From Actinophytocola sp. (GTDB lineage Bacteria > Actinomycetota > Actinomycetes > Mycobacteriales > Pseudonocardiaceae), in contig NZ_DATBKY010000172.1 in the NCBI RefSeq assembly GCF_036555685.1, positions 6,412 to 70,411 of the forward strand: DNA of 64,000 nt, written 5' to 3'. Below are positions 12,674-20,877 of this stretch, in pieces. Both the position numbers and the translations under genes were made by a program. Each line of letters opens with the position of its first letter. Within the stretch, counting starts at the first letter, position 1. The notes beneath the pieces are model-generated. The model saw only the letters and a program-made list of their open reading frames with translations. It did not search any database and was not told where the DNA came from.

Positions 12674-13498
12674 ATGGACCCGGTGGAGGAGGCGCACTAC
12701 TGGCGGCATCCCGCGGTGTCGGGCGTCGACCTGATGCGCGCCCGCTACGTCCGGCACGGGTTCTCGCGGCACACGCACGACACGTTCGCGCTCGGCACGA
12801 TCCGGGCCGGCGCCGAACGCCTGCTCATCGGCACCGAGCGGCACCGCATCGCCGCCGGCGGGGTCGTGCTGCTCAACCCGGACGTCGTCCACGACGGGCA
12901 CCCCGACGCCGGCGACGGCTGCGCGTACCGGGTCTTCTACCCGGCCGTCGACGTGGTCACCGACGCCACCGGCAGCCGCAGCCCGTGGTTCGCCCAGGCC
13001 GTCGTCGACGACCCGGCCGCCGCCGCGGTCATCCGGCAGGCGCACGTCGCGGCCGAGTCGGGCGACCGCCTCGCCTCCGGCACGCTGCTGATGACCACGC
13101 TCGCGACGCTGTGGCGCGGCTACGGTGGCGGCCGCCGGCGGCCCACGACACCGGCCGGCCGCCACGCGGTCGAGCTGGTACGCGACCTGCTGCACGAGCG
13201 GATCGTCGACCCGCCGAGCCTCGCCGAGCTCGCGGCCGAGGTCGGCACCGGCCAGTTCGCGGTGCTGCGGGCCTTCCGCGCCCGCTTCGGGATGCCGCCG
13301 CACGCGTACCTCAACCAGCTGCGCGTGCGCCGTGCCTGCGCGCTGCTCGACGCGGGCACGCCGGCCGCGCAGGTCGCCGTCGCGGTCGGGTTCGCCGACC
13401 AGTCGCACCTGTCGCGGCACTTCCGGCGCGTCGTCGGCGTCGCGCCCGGGCGGTACCAGCGCAAGAACGTACAAGAGCGGGGCGCGCGGCCGACCTAG
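12674..13498 (+). CDS. AraC-family transcriptional regulator
   Basis: FSRHTHD ligand domain, FRARFGMPPHAY and GFADQSHLSRHF HTH motifs. Confidence 0.92.
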   Translation: MDPVEEAHYWRHPAVSGVDLMRARYVRHGFSRHTHDTFALGTIRAGAERLLIGTERHRIAAGGVVLLNPDVVHDGHPDAGDGCAYRVFYPAVDVVTDATGSRSPWFAQAVVDDPAAAAVIRQAHVAAESGDRLASGTLLMTTLATLWRGYGGGRRRPTTPAGRHAVELVRDLLHERIVDPPSLAELAAEVGTGQFAVLRAFRARFGMPPHAYLNQLRVRRACALLDAGTPAAQVAVAVGFADQSHLSRHFRRVVGVAPGRYQRKNVQERGARPT

Positions 13499-13508
13499 CG
13501 TCACCGGC

Positions 13509-14876
13509 ATGGAACCCGACAAGCGCACCCGGCAGGAGTGGACCGCCGCGACCACCGCGTGGGTCGAGGACTTCATGTCGGGGCTGGAGGACGCGCCCGC
13601 GAGCAACCTCGACTCCGGCGTCCCGGCCGAGCTCCTCGCCCCGCCGCCGGACCGCCCCGGCGACCTCGCCGACCTGCTCGGCCGGTTCGGCGACGCGGCC
13701 GGCCGGGCCATCGAGACCGCGGGCCCGCGCTTTTTCGGCTACTTCGCGCCCGGCGGGCTCTACAGCTCGGTCCTGGCCGAGATGCTCGCGTACACGGTCA
13801 ACCGCTACACCGGGCTGGCCGGTCCGGCGCCCGCGCTGGTCGCGCTGGAGCACAGCGTGGTGCGGTGGCTGTGCGACCTGTTCGACCTGCCCGAAGGCGC
13901 GGGCGGGCTGTTCACCTCCGGCGCGTCGATCGCCACGCTCGCCGCGCTGCACGCCGCCCGCGAGGACCGGCTCGGCGGCCCGGACCCGCGGGGCACGGTC
14001 TACGTCACCGGGCACACGCACTACTGCGTCGCCAAGTCGGCGAGGATCGCCGGTCTCACCGCCGACCAGGTGCGTACGGTGCCCGTCGGCCCGGACGAGC
14101 GCATGGACGTCGGCGCGGCCGCGGCGCTGATCGCCCGCGACCGGGCCGCCGGCCGGCGGCCCTTCCTGCTGGTCGGCACCGCCGGGACGACGAGCACCGG
14201 GGTGGTGGACCGCCTTGACGAGGTCGGCGCGCTGGCCCGCCGCGAGGGCCTGTGGTTCCACGTCGACGGCGCGTACGGCGGCGCCTTCCAGCTCACCGAG
14301 CGCGGCCGCGAGGTGCTCACCGGGATCTCCGCGGCGGACTCGCTCACCCTCGACCCGCACAAGAGCATGTTCGTGCCCTACGGCACGGGCGTGCTGCTGG
14401 TCCGCGACCAGCGCCGGCTGCGGGCCGCGCACAGCGCCACCGGCGACTTCCTGCAGGACCTCGACCGCGGCAGCGGCCCGGACTACGCCGACCTCGGCCC
14501 CGAGCTCACCCGCAGCTACCGCGGGCTGCGCCTGTGGCTGCCGCTGCACCTGCACGGCGTGGCCGCGTTCCGCGAGGCGCTCGACGAGAAGCTGGATCTC
14601 GCCGCGCACGTCCACCGCACGCTCTCCGCCGACCCCAACCTCGTGGTCCCCTACCCCGCGGGCCTCACCGTCACCGTGTTCCGCTCCCCTGCTGGCGACG
14701 CGGCGACCGAGGCCCTGCTGGACCGGATCAACGGGACCCGCCGCGTGTACCTGTCGAGCACCCGCGTGTCCGGCCACCACACGATCCGCCTGTGCGTGCT
14801 GAGCGTCCGCAGCCACCGGTCCCATGTGGACGAGGCGCTGGCCGTGATCCGCCAGGCGGCCGCGCAGGCCGCTTAG
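13509..14876 (+). CDS. Group II PLP-dependent decarboxylase (aromatic amino acid / diaminobutyrate decarboxylase-like)
   Basis: HYCVAKSA, GTAGTT, HVDGAYG, DPHK (PLP lysine), PELTR motifs; start at ATG 13509, 10 nt after the AraC stop. Confidence 0.9.
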   Translation: MEPDKRTRQEWTAATTAWVEDFMSGLEDAPASNLDSGVPAELLAPPPDRPGDLADLLGRFGDAAGRAIETAGPRFFGYFAPGGLYSSVLAEMLAYTVNRYTGLAGPAPALVALEHSVVRWLCDLFDLPEGAGGLFTSGASIATLAALHAAREDRLGGPDPRGTVYVTGHTHYCVAKSARIAGLTADQVRTVPVGPDERMDVGAAAALIARDRAAGRRPFLLVGTAGTTSTGVVDRLDEVGALARREGLWFHVDGAYGGAFQLTERGREVLTGISAADSLTLDPHKSMFVPYGTGVLLVRDQRRLRAAHSATGDFLQDLDRGSGPDYADLGPELTRSYRGLRLWLPLHLHGVAAFREALDEKLDLAAHVHRTLSADPNLVVPYPAGLTVTVFRSPAGDAATEALLDRINGTRRVYLSSTRVSGHHTIRLCVLSVRSHRSHVDEALAVIRQAAAQAA

Positions 14877-14955
14877 CCACCGCTTAGCTCCGATGTAGCC
14901 GCCCCTCCTAGCGTCCGGCCCGGATGACCGTTGCACGTCGATGAGGGGAGAACGC

Positions 14956-15312
14956 GTGGCGGGCAAGGGGAAGAGCGAGGTCGATCCGGCCGAGCTGGAC
15001 CGGGCCGCGAGGAAGATGCGGGAGATGGCGGTGCGCGACTTCCACGCCGCCGACGACTTCCAGCGGGGGCTGACCGAGCGCGCGGGGGCCGACTACGTGT
15101 TCGGCCGCTCGCCGGCGGCGCAGGAGATCGCCGCGAAGTGGGACCGGGCCGTCGCGCGGCGCGCACAGGGCGCGGAGGACCTCGGCACACGCACGCAGGA
15201 CATGGCCGAGGACCTCGAGCGCACGGCCGACGAGTACCGCAGGAACGACGACGAGCAGGCCGACACGCTCGGGGGCTTCGAGCGCCGGCTCTCCACATCG
15301 AGCGGGGGCTGA
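14956..15312 (+). CDS. Type VII secretion substrate-like helical protein (EspC/WXG100-like) with YxxxD signal
   Basis: About 118 aa, predicted helical: VDPAELDRAA N-terminus, W near the midpoint, and ...ERTADEYRRNDD (YxxxD). GAGGGGAG RBS before GTG 14956; ATG 14941 is an alternative start. Confidence 0.72.
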   Translation: MAGKGKSEVDPAELDRAARKMREMAVRDFHAADDFQRGLTERAGADYVFGRSPAAQEIAAKWDRAVARRAQGAEDLGTRTQDMAEDLERTADEYRRNDDEQADTLGGFERRLSTSSGG

Positions 15313-15313
15313 G

Positions 15314-15886
15314 ATGGACTTCCGGCACCAGGCGCTGCGCGGCGCCGCCTTGTCCGACGAGATGCTGCGGCTGTCCGAGGCCGCCTCCCGGCTCGGCACC
15401 GGGCCCGATCCGATCGAGCGGCTGTATCTGCTGGACTGCGTGCCCAGCGAGATGCACCACCTCGCCGACAGCGTGCTCGGCCCGGCCAAGACCGTCCACG
15501 AGGTCGGCGACGACTTCGAGAACACCCGCGCGCGGCTGCTGCGCAGGTGGCACGGCGAGGCCGCCGACGCCTTCGCCAGCAGCAGCCTCGACCTGCTCAC
15601 CAGCTACATCACGCGGAGCAAGAACAGCCGCGAGACCGGGCAGGCCGGCAAGGACATCGCCGACGGGCTGGACGACGTCGCCGCGAGTGGGGCCGACTTC
15701 GCGAGCCGGACGGCCGGCGCGGCCGACGACGCCTCGGTCCTCGTCATCACCATGCAGGACGACGCGCCCGAGGACGCCAAGGCGATCGTCCGGCAGGCCG
15801 TGGCCGAAATCGACGCGATGGTCGACGCCAAGCAGGACGAGATCGCGTCGATCGGCAGCCGGCTGGACAAGATCAGCGCGGTCTGA
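15314..15886 (+). CDS. WXG100-family protein
   Basis: 190 aa, helical, with RWHGEAADAF (WxG) motif; starts 1 nt after the preceding stop. Confidence 0.72.
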   Translation: MDFRHQALRGAALSDEMLRLSEAASRLGTGPDPIERLYLLDCVPSEMHHLADSVLGPAKTVHEVGDDFENTRARLLRRWHGEAADAFASSSLDLLTSYITRSKNSRETGQAGKDIADGLDDVAASGADFASRTAGAADDASVLVITMQDDAPEDAKAIVRQAVAEIDAMVDAKQDEIASIGSRLDKISAV

Positions 15887-15891
15887 GGCGC

Positions 15892-17373
15892 TCAGACGTG
15901 GCCGGCCGCCCAGCAGGCGGGGCCGTCGTGGCAGTTCGTCAGGCGCTCGAGAGCGGCATGGAGCCGGCCCAGCCGCGCCGAGCTCAGCGTCCCGGCCAGG
16001 TTGTGCAGCTCGGAGGGGTCGCGGGTGTGGTCGTAGTACTCGCGCGAGCCGTCGGCGTACTCGACGTAGGTGTACGCGTGCGTGCGCATCGCCGCGTACG
16101 TCGGCGGGTCGCCGCTGCCCGGTTCGGGGCGGTCGGGATCGTCGGGCCGGGTGCCGGGGCCGTGGTGTTCCACGAGGTTGGCCGTCCGCCAGCCGATGCC
16201 GGGCCAGCCGACCAGCAGCGGCAGCAGGCTATGTCCGTCCACTCGGGACGGTACGGGTGCGCCGGCGGCGCGCATGAAGGTCGGGGCGAGGTCGATGTTC
16301 GCGACGGCCGCGTGGCTCACCGAGTCCGGTGCCACGTTGGGTCCGGCCACCACGAGCGGCACCCTGATGTCGGTGTCGAACGCCGTCATCTTGCCGGGGG
16401 TCAGCCGGTACTCGCCCATGTGGTAGCCGTTGTCCGAGCTGAACACGATGTACGTGTTGTCCGCGACGCCCGCCTTCTCGAGGGTCGAGCGGAGGTTGGC
16501 GATGAGGTCGTCGACCGCCTGTACCGACTGTGCCCGCTTGCGGAAGGCGTGATCGATCGCGTCGCGCTCGCTCGCGGACAGCGGCCCGTAGCCGGCGAGC
16601 CACGGCGGTGCGTTCTGGGGCAGCGTGTCGTACGCCGGGCCGCGAGGCACGTCCAGGCCGGGGAAGTCGTCCTTGTGGCGCGGGGCCGGCGTGTACGGCG
16701 AGTGCGGTGCGAACGGGGCGACCTCGAGCAGGAACGGCTTGTGATCGCGGGCGGAGCGGGTGATGAAGTCGGAGCCCTTGCCGGCCAGGACGTCGGTGAG
16801 GTAGTCGGCCGGCTGGTGGCCGTAATGCACGACGTCGTGGTTCTGGTTGAGGTTGTACCAGTACTCCCAGTAGCCCGGCCCCGCGACGTCCCATTCGCTC
16901 CAGCCGGGCGGAACGTACGGTTCGGTGCCGCCCTCTCGGTGCGCGGGCATGTACTGGTTGAGGTACTTGCCCATCAGCGCGGTCCGGTATCCGTGGGCCC
17001 GCAGGGCGGCGGCGAAGGTCTCCGACTCCTCGCCGTGGTCGTGGAAGTAGTGGAAGCCGCCGTCCGCGCCGCCGTTCGTGTAGACGCCCGTGTCGTGCGG
17101 GAACCGGCCGGTGAGGATCGACGCCCGGGACGGGCAGCACAGCGAGTCGGTGACCACGTAGTCGGTGAACGTCGTGCCCTCGCCCTGCAGCTTGCGCACC
17201 TGCGGCAGGTACTTCACGAGGTTCCAGGACAGGTCGTCGGTCAGTACGAACACGATGTTCGGCCGCCCGGGGCCGGTCCCGCCGGCGACCGTCTGCGGCG
17301 CGGCGCCGGCCAGGCCGACCAGCACCACGATCACGCCGGCGACGAACGCGAGCCGGCGGCGAACACGTCCCAT
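15892..17373 (-). CDS. Secreted sulfatase (N-acetylglucosamine-6-sulfatase-like)
   Basis: Signal/anchor N-terminus, PNIVFVLTDD, CCPSRASILTG formylglycine motif, GKYLN, SSDNGYHMG. Confidence 0.92.
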   Translation of the reverse strand: MGRVRRRLAFVAGVIVVLVGLAGAAPQTVAGGTGPGRPNIVFVLTDDLSWNLVKYLPQVRKLQGEGTTFTDYVVTDSLCCPSRASILTGRFPHDTGVYTNGGADGGFHYFHDHGEESETFAAALRAHGYRTALMGKYLNQYMPAHREGGTEPYVPPGWSEWDVAGPGYWEYWYNLNQNHDVVHYGHQPADYLTDVLAGKGSDFITRSARDHKPFLLEVAPFAPHSPYTPAPRHKDDFPGLDVPRGPAYDTLPQNAPPWLAGYGPLSASERDAIDHAFRKRAQSVQAVDDLIANLRSTLEKAGVADNTYIVFSSDNGYHMGEYRLTPGKMTAFDTDIRVPLVVAGPNVAPDSVSHAAVANIDLAPTFMRAAGAPVPSRVDGHSLLPLLVGWPGIGWRTANLVEHHGPGTRPDDPDRPEPGSGDPPTYAAMRTHAYTYVEYADGSREYYDHTRDPSELHNLAGTLSSARLGRLHAALERLTNCHDGPACWAAGHV

Positions 17374-17417
17374 ACCGCCAGTGTCGACCAGATCGCGTGG
17401 GAACGGTGTGCGGAGCC

Positions 17418-17450
17418 GCCGTGGGTGGCTCGACCCGAGCCACCCACGGC
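17418..17450 (-). terminator. Hairpin downstream of the SGNH lipase gene
   Basis: Perfect 15-bp stem GCCGTGGGTGGCTCG / CGAGCCACCCACGGC with a 3-nt loop. Confidence 0.7.
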
Positions 17451-17451
17451 A

Positions 17452-17484
17452 GGATCAGGCGGGGATCAGGCGGGGGATCAGGCG
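17452..17484. repeat. Three tandem copies of GGATCAGGCG spanning the lipase stop codon
   Basis: Copies start at 17452, 17463 and 17475; the last contains the TGA of the lipase on the minus strand. Confidence 0.6.
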
Positions 17485-18275
17485 ACCGCCTCCAGCGGGT
17501 TGTAGTAGCCGCCGCGCTGGCCGCTGCTGTTCGGGTGGTACGACTCGTCGATCGGCCAGGTGACGCTGTTGAGCCAGCGGGTACCCGAAGCGCAGATCTC
17601 GTGGCCGGCGAAGCTGTTCCGCGCGTCGATGTAGGTGAACCCGTACGCGGCGGCGCGGCCGGAGATCACCGAGGCGAGCACGTCGGAGGACTGGTTGATC
17701 GCGGCCCGCTTGGTCTCGCTCAGGCCGATCCAGCAGGAGCCGTTGAGCTGGTAGATGTGCGGGTAGCCGAGCACGACCACGCGCGCGCTCGGCGCCCGGT
17801 TGCGGATCTGGGTGTAGACGTTGTTCAGTCGGCCGGGCAGCGTGGTGCGGGCGAAGTCCTGTGCCTGCTGGTTGCGGCTGACGCAGGTCGAGTCGGAGCT
17901 GGTGTTGCAGGTGGTCATGACGTCGGCGAAGCCCGCGTCGTTGCCGCCGATGGAGATCGTCACGAGCGCGGTGTCGGACGTGACCGAGGCGACCTGGCTG
18001 TTCAGCACGTCGCTGGTCACCGCGCCGGAGCAGGCCACGAACGCGAACGACGACGGGGCGTTCGCGTTGGCCCACAGCTGCGGGTAGGAGTTCGCACTGC
18101 GCTTGCAGCTGCCGCTGTTGCCGTAGCTGCCGGCGCCGGTGCCGGACGAGTAGGAGTCGCCGAGCGCGACGTATCTGCCGGTCGCGGCCGAGGCCGGCAT
18201 CGCCAGTCCGGCAACGGTCGCGGCGGTCACCGCGGCGACGAGGAGCGGGCGGAAGAGGGTGCGGGGAAACGACAT
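17478..18275 (-). CDS. Secreted SGNH/GDSL lipase/esterase
   Basis: Signal peptide ending ASA, YVALGDSYSSG (block I), SIGGND (block III), ESYHPN (block V); start re-picked at ATG 18275. Confidence 0.93.
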   Translation of the reverse strand: MSFPRTLFRPLLVAAVTAATVAGLAMPASAATGRYVALGDSYSSGTGAGSYGNSGSCKRSANSYPQLWANANAPSSFAFVACSGAVTSDVLNSQVASVTSDTALVTISIGGNDAGFADVMTTCNTSSDSTCVSRNQQAQDFARTTLPGRLNNVYTQIRNRAPSARVVVLGYPHIYQLNGSCWIGLSETKRAAINQSSDVLASVISGRAAAYGFTYIDARNSFAGHEICASGTRWLNSVTWPIDESYHPNSSGQRGGYYNPLEAVA

Positions 18276-18584
18276 CGTTACCTCCGGGGCAGGGATCCCG
18301 AACGCACCAATGATCCGTGGGAAACCTACTTCCCGGATAGGACTTCTCGTTGCCAGATTCCCATCACGCCGGTTTCCGAGCGAGCGCCCCGGCCGCGAAC
18401 CGTCCGGCGGGGTGGCCGTGGGTGTAGCCGCGCACCCGCTACCGGTACCGCTGCGAGTCGTCAGCCGACACGTCGCGTCCTCCCACTTGATCACCGGACC
18501 GGCGCCACAGTGGCCGCCCGTTTCGGATCCGGGTCGGGGGGTATCCGATTACCCGACAGACGAGCCTGGTGGGAGGGCTGAACG

Positions 18585-18770
18585 ATGTCCAAGGAGACGC
18601 TCGCGCTGCTGCAGCAGGATCACGGCGAGATCCGGCAACTCCTCCATGAGTTCGAAGCGGCCGGTGACGTGGCCGCGGCCGCCAAGGACCAGATCATCAA
18701 GCGGCTCCTGGCCGCGGCACTGCGGGCACACACCCATCGCGGCGGTGTGGACGTGCTGGCGCGCATGTGA
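18585..18770 (+). pseudogene. Truncated hemerythrin-domain gene fragment
   Basis: MSKETLALLQQDHGEIRQLLHEFE... resembles the first helices of actinobacterial hemerythrin/HHE proteins, with a good RBS (GGGAGGG), but the frame ends after 61 codons. Confidence 0.55.
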
Positions 18771-18949
18771 GTCCGAGCGGTACGGCGCGTCGATCCACGT
18801 CGATCCACGGGCACCCGGCCGTTGGACCACTGAGGCCGGCGCTCGACTCGCGGTGGCGGATGTCGCACCGCATGACCGGGATTTGCGTGTCGAAGCCCGG
18901 TCGCGTCGCGCATCTCGTCCACTATGTACAGCTGCTTGCCGACGAAGCC

Positions 18950-19101
18950 GTCGACGGCCACGACGACCACGGCACCGCGCGCGCCCAGCGCGAGCTCGTC
19001 CCACACGAACCAGAACCGGGCCCGGCGAACAGGTACAGGATCAGCGAGTCGTTCGGCGTGATGTGACCGAGGTCCGGCGCCCCCGTGGTGGTGTTCTTGC
19101 C
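18950..19101 (-). pseudogene. Frameshifted remnant of a conservon-type (CvnD/MglA-like) ATP/GTP-binding protein
   Basis: One frame reads KNTTTGAPDLGHITPNDSLILYLFAGP and, after a frameshift near 19020, another reads RFWFVWDELALGARGAVVVVAVD. Together these match the KTTTTVAMDFGRIT...LYLFGTPGQ.RFWFMWD.L..GA.GAVV..D signature. No P-loop start or C-terminus is present. Confidence 0.65.
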
Positions 19102-19209
19102 CCCACACCGGCCAGGTCGTCCACTCCCCCGCGCACGCGAACGTTTCACGTTAAATCCATAGTGGACCAACGAATTGGCCGAAATCCGGCGCACCACCAC
19201 TTGATCGGT

Positions 19210-19221
19210 AGTAGTACTACT
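19210..19221. promoter_or_regulatory. 12-bp perfect palindrome in the AT-rich region upstream of the GMC oxidoreductase
   Basis: AGTAGTACTACT, ending 34 nt before the start at 19255. Confidence 0.35.
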
Positions 19222-19254
19222 GTGTTTTGCTGACTCTCAAGGACGGGAGACTCC

Positions 19255-20856
19255 GTGACACAGTTCGACTACGTCATCGTCGGCGCGGGACCCGCCGGCT
19301 GCGTGCTCGCCAACCGGCTCTCCGCGGACCCCGGGGTCAGCGTGCTGCTGATCGAGGCGGGCGACCAGGACACGAACCCGCTCATCGCCATCCCACGTGG
19401 CTTCGGCGAGCTGCTGGGCGACCCGAACACCGCGTGGCACTACCCCACCCGTCCGTTCGGCCCGGCGCGGCAGCAGGAGTTCTGGGTGCGCGGCAAGACG
19501 CTCGGCGGGTCGAGCGCGGTCAACGGCATGGTCTACAACCGCGGCCAGCCCGCGGACTACGACGCGCTCGAGCGGCTCGGCAACCCCGGATGGGGCTGGG
19601 CGGACATGCTGCCGGTCTTCAAGACGATCGAGGACAACCCGCTCGGCGAGTCCGCCGTCCGCGGCAGCGGCGGACCCCTGCGCGTGTCGACGCCGGATGC
19701 CGGCGACCCGTTGCTCGAGGACATCATCACCGCGGGCACCTCGCTCGGCTGGCGGCGGACGGCCGATCTCAACGAGGCGGACGAGGAGCGCGTCGGCTAC
19801 GCGACCTCGACCATCCGCGACGGCCTCCGGGTCAGCGCGGCCGGCGCGTTCCTGCACCCGGTCATCGGCCGGCCCAACCTGAGCGTGGCCGTGGAGACGC
19901 TCGTCGACCGCGTGCTGCTCGACGGCGGCCGGGCGACCGGCGTGCGGGGCCGGCAGGACGGCGAGATCTTCCAGGCGCACGCGACCCGCGAGGTGATCCT
20001 CGCGGCGGGCTCCCTCGCGACGCCCAAGATCCTGCAGCTGTCCGGCGTCGGACCCGCGGACGCGTTGCGCGCCGCGGGCGTGGACGTCGTGGTGGACAGC
20101 CCGAACGTCGGCGGCCGGATGCGCGAGCACCGCGTGTTCACCATGATGTTCCGGCTCGCCGAGGACCTCGGCTACAACAAGCTGCTCAGCACCGAGGCCG
20201 GCCAGGCGCGGGCCATGGAGGAGTACCAGCGCTCGCGCACCGGTGTGCTCGCCGGGCCGTCGTTCGACATCGTCGGCTTCTTCAAGACCCGCCCGGAGCT
20301 CGACCGCCCGGACGCCCAGTTCCAGATCGCGCCGTTCTCCGTGCTGCCGCCAGAGCCCGGCAAGGCGCTGCAGATCGAGCAGGAGCCGGGGATCATGGCC
20401 GTGGCCTACATCCTGCGGCCGGAGAGCCAGGGCGGCATCCGCATCACCTCGGCGGACCCGGACGCACCACTGGACATCGACACCGGCTACCTCACCGCCG
20501 AGTACGACCGCGTGACGTCCGTCGACGTCTTCCGCGGCATGCGCCGGATGTTCGCCGCCGAGCCGCTCGCGAAGCGGATCGCGCACGAGCTCGTGCCCGG
20601 GCCCAACGTGGACACCGACGAGCAGATCCTCGACGCCGGCCTCGTCATGGGCGGGTGCGGCTACCACGCGATCGGCACCTGCGGGATGGGCCCGGACGAC
20701 GGCGACGTGGTCGACCCGCGGCTGCGCGTGCGCGGGGTGGCGAACCTGCGCGTCGTCGACGCCTCGGTGCTGCCGATCATGGTGTCCGGCAACCTCAACG
20801 GTCCGGTCACAGCGCTGGCGTGGCGGGCCGCCGACCTCATCCTCGCGGGACAGTGA
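19255..20856 (+). CDS. GMC-family FAD oxidoreductase (choline dehydrogenase-like); probable cluster member
   Basis: GAGPAG FAD motif, RGKTLGGSSAVNGMVYNRG, YHAIGTC catalytic His, GNLNGP; GGGAG RBS. Confidence 0.92.
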   Translation: MTQFDYVIVGAGPAGCVLANRLSADPGVSVLLIEAGDQDTNPLIAIPRGFGELLGDPNTAWHYPTRPFGPARQQEFWVRGKTLGGSSAVNGMVYNRGQPADYDALERLGNPGWGWADMLPVFKTIEDNPLGESAVRGSGGPLRVSTPDAGDPLLEDIITAGTSLGWRRTADLNEADEERVGYATSTIRDGLRVSAAGAFLHPVIGRPNLSVAVETLVDRVLLDGGRATGVRGRQDGEIFQAHATREVILAAGSLATPKILQLSGVGPADALRAAGVDVVVDSPNVGGRMREHRVFTMMFRLAEDLGYNKLLSTEAGQARAMEEYQRSRTGVLAGPSFDIVGFFKTRPELDRPDAQFQIAPFSVLPPEPGKALQIEQEPGIMAVAYILRPESQGGIRITSADPDAPLDIDTGYLTAEYDRVTSVDVFRGMRRMFAAEPLAKRIAHELVPGPNVDTDEQILDAGLVMGGCGYHAIGTCGMGPDDGDVVDPRLRVRGVANLRVVDASVLPIMVSGNLNGPVTALAWRAADLILAGQ

Positions 20857-20877
20857 CCACTCCGCCCTGGTTCTCGA

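Noticed and set aside
15892-17373. Sulfatase as the toxin or cargo of the WXG100 pair
   Set aside because: It is on the opposite strand and has its own Sec-type signal/anchor.
18767-19200. ORFs 18767-19066 (+), 18620-19108 (-) and 18922-19200 (-) as intact genes
   Set aside because: Their only recognisable segments are the two halves of the frameshifted GTPase remnant; the rest lacks codon bias and motifs.
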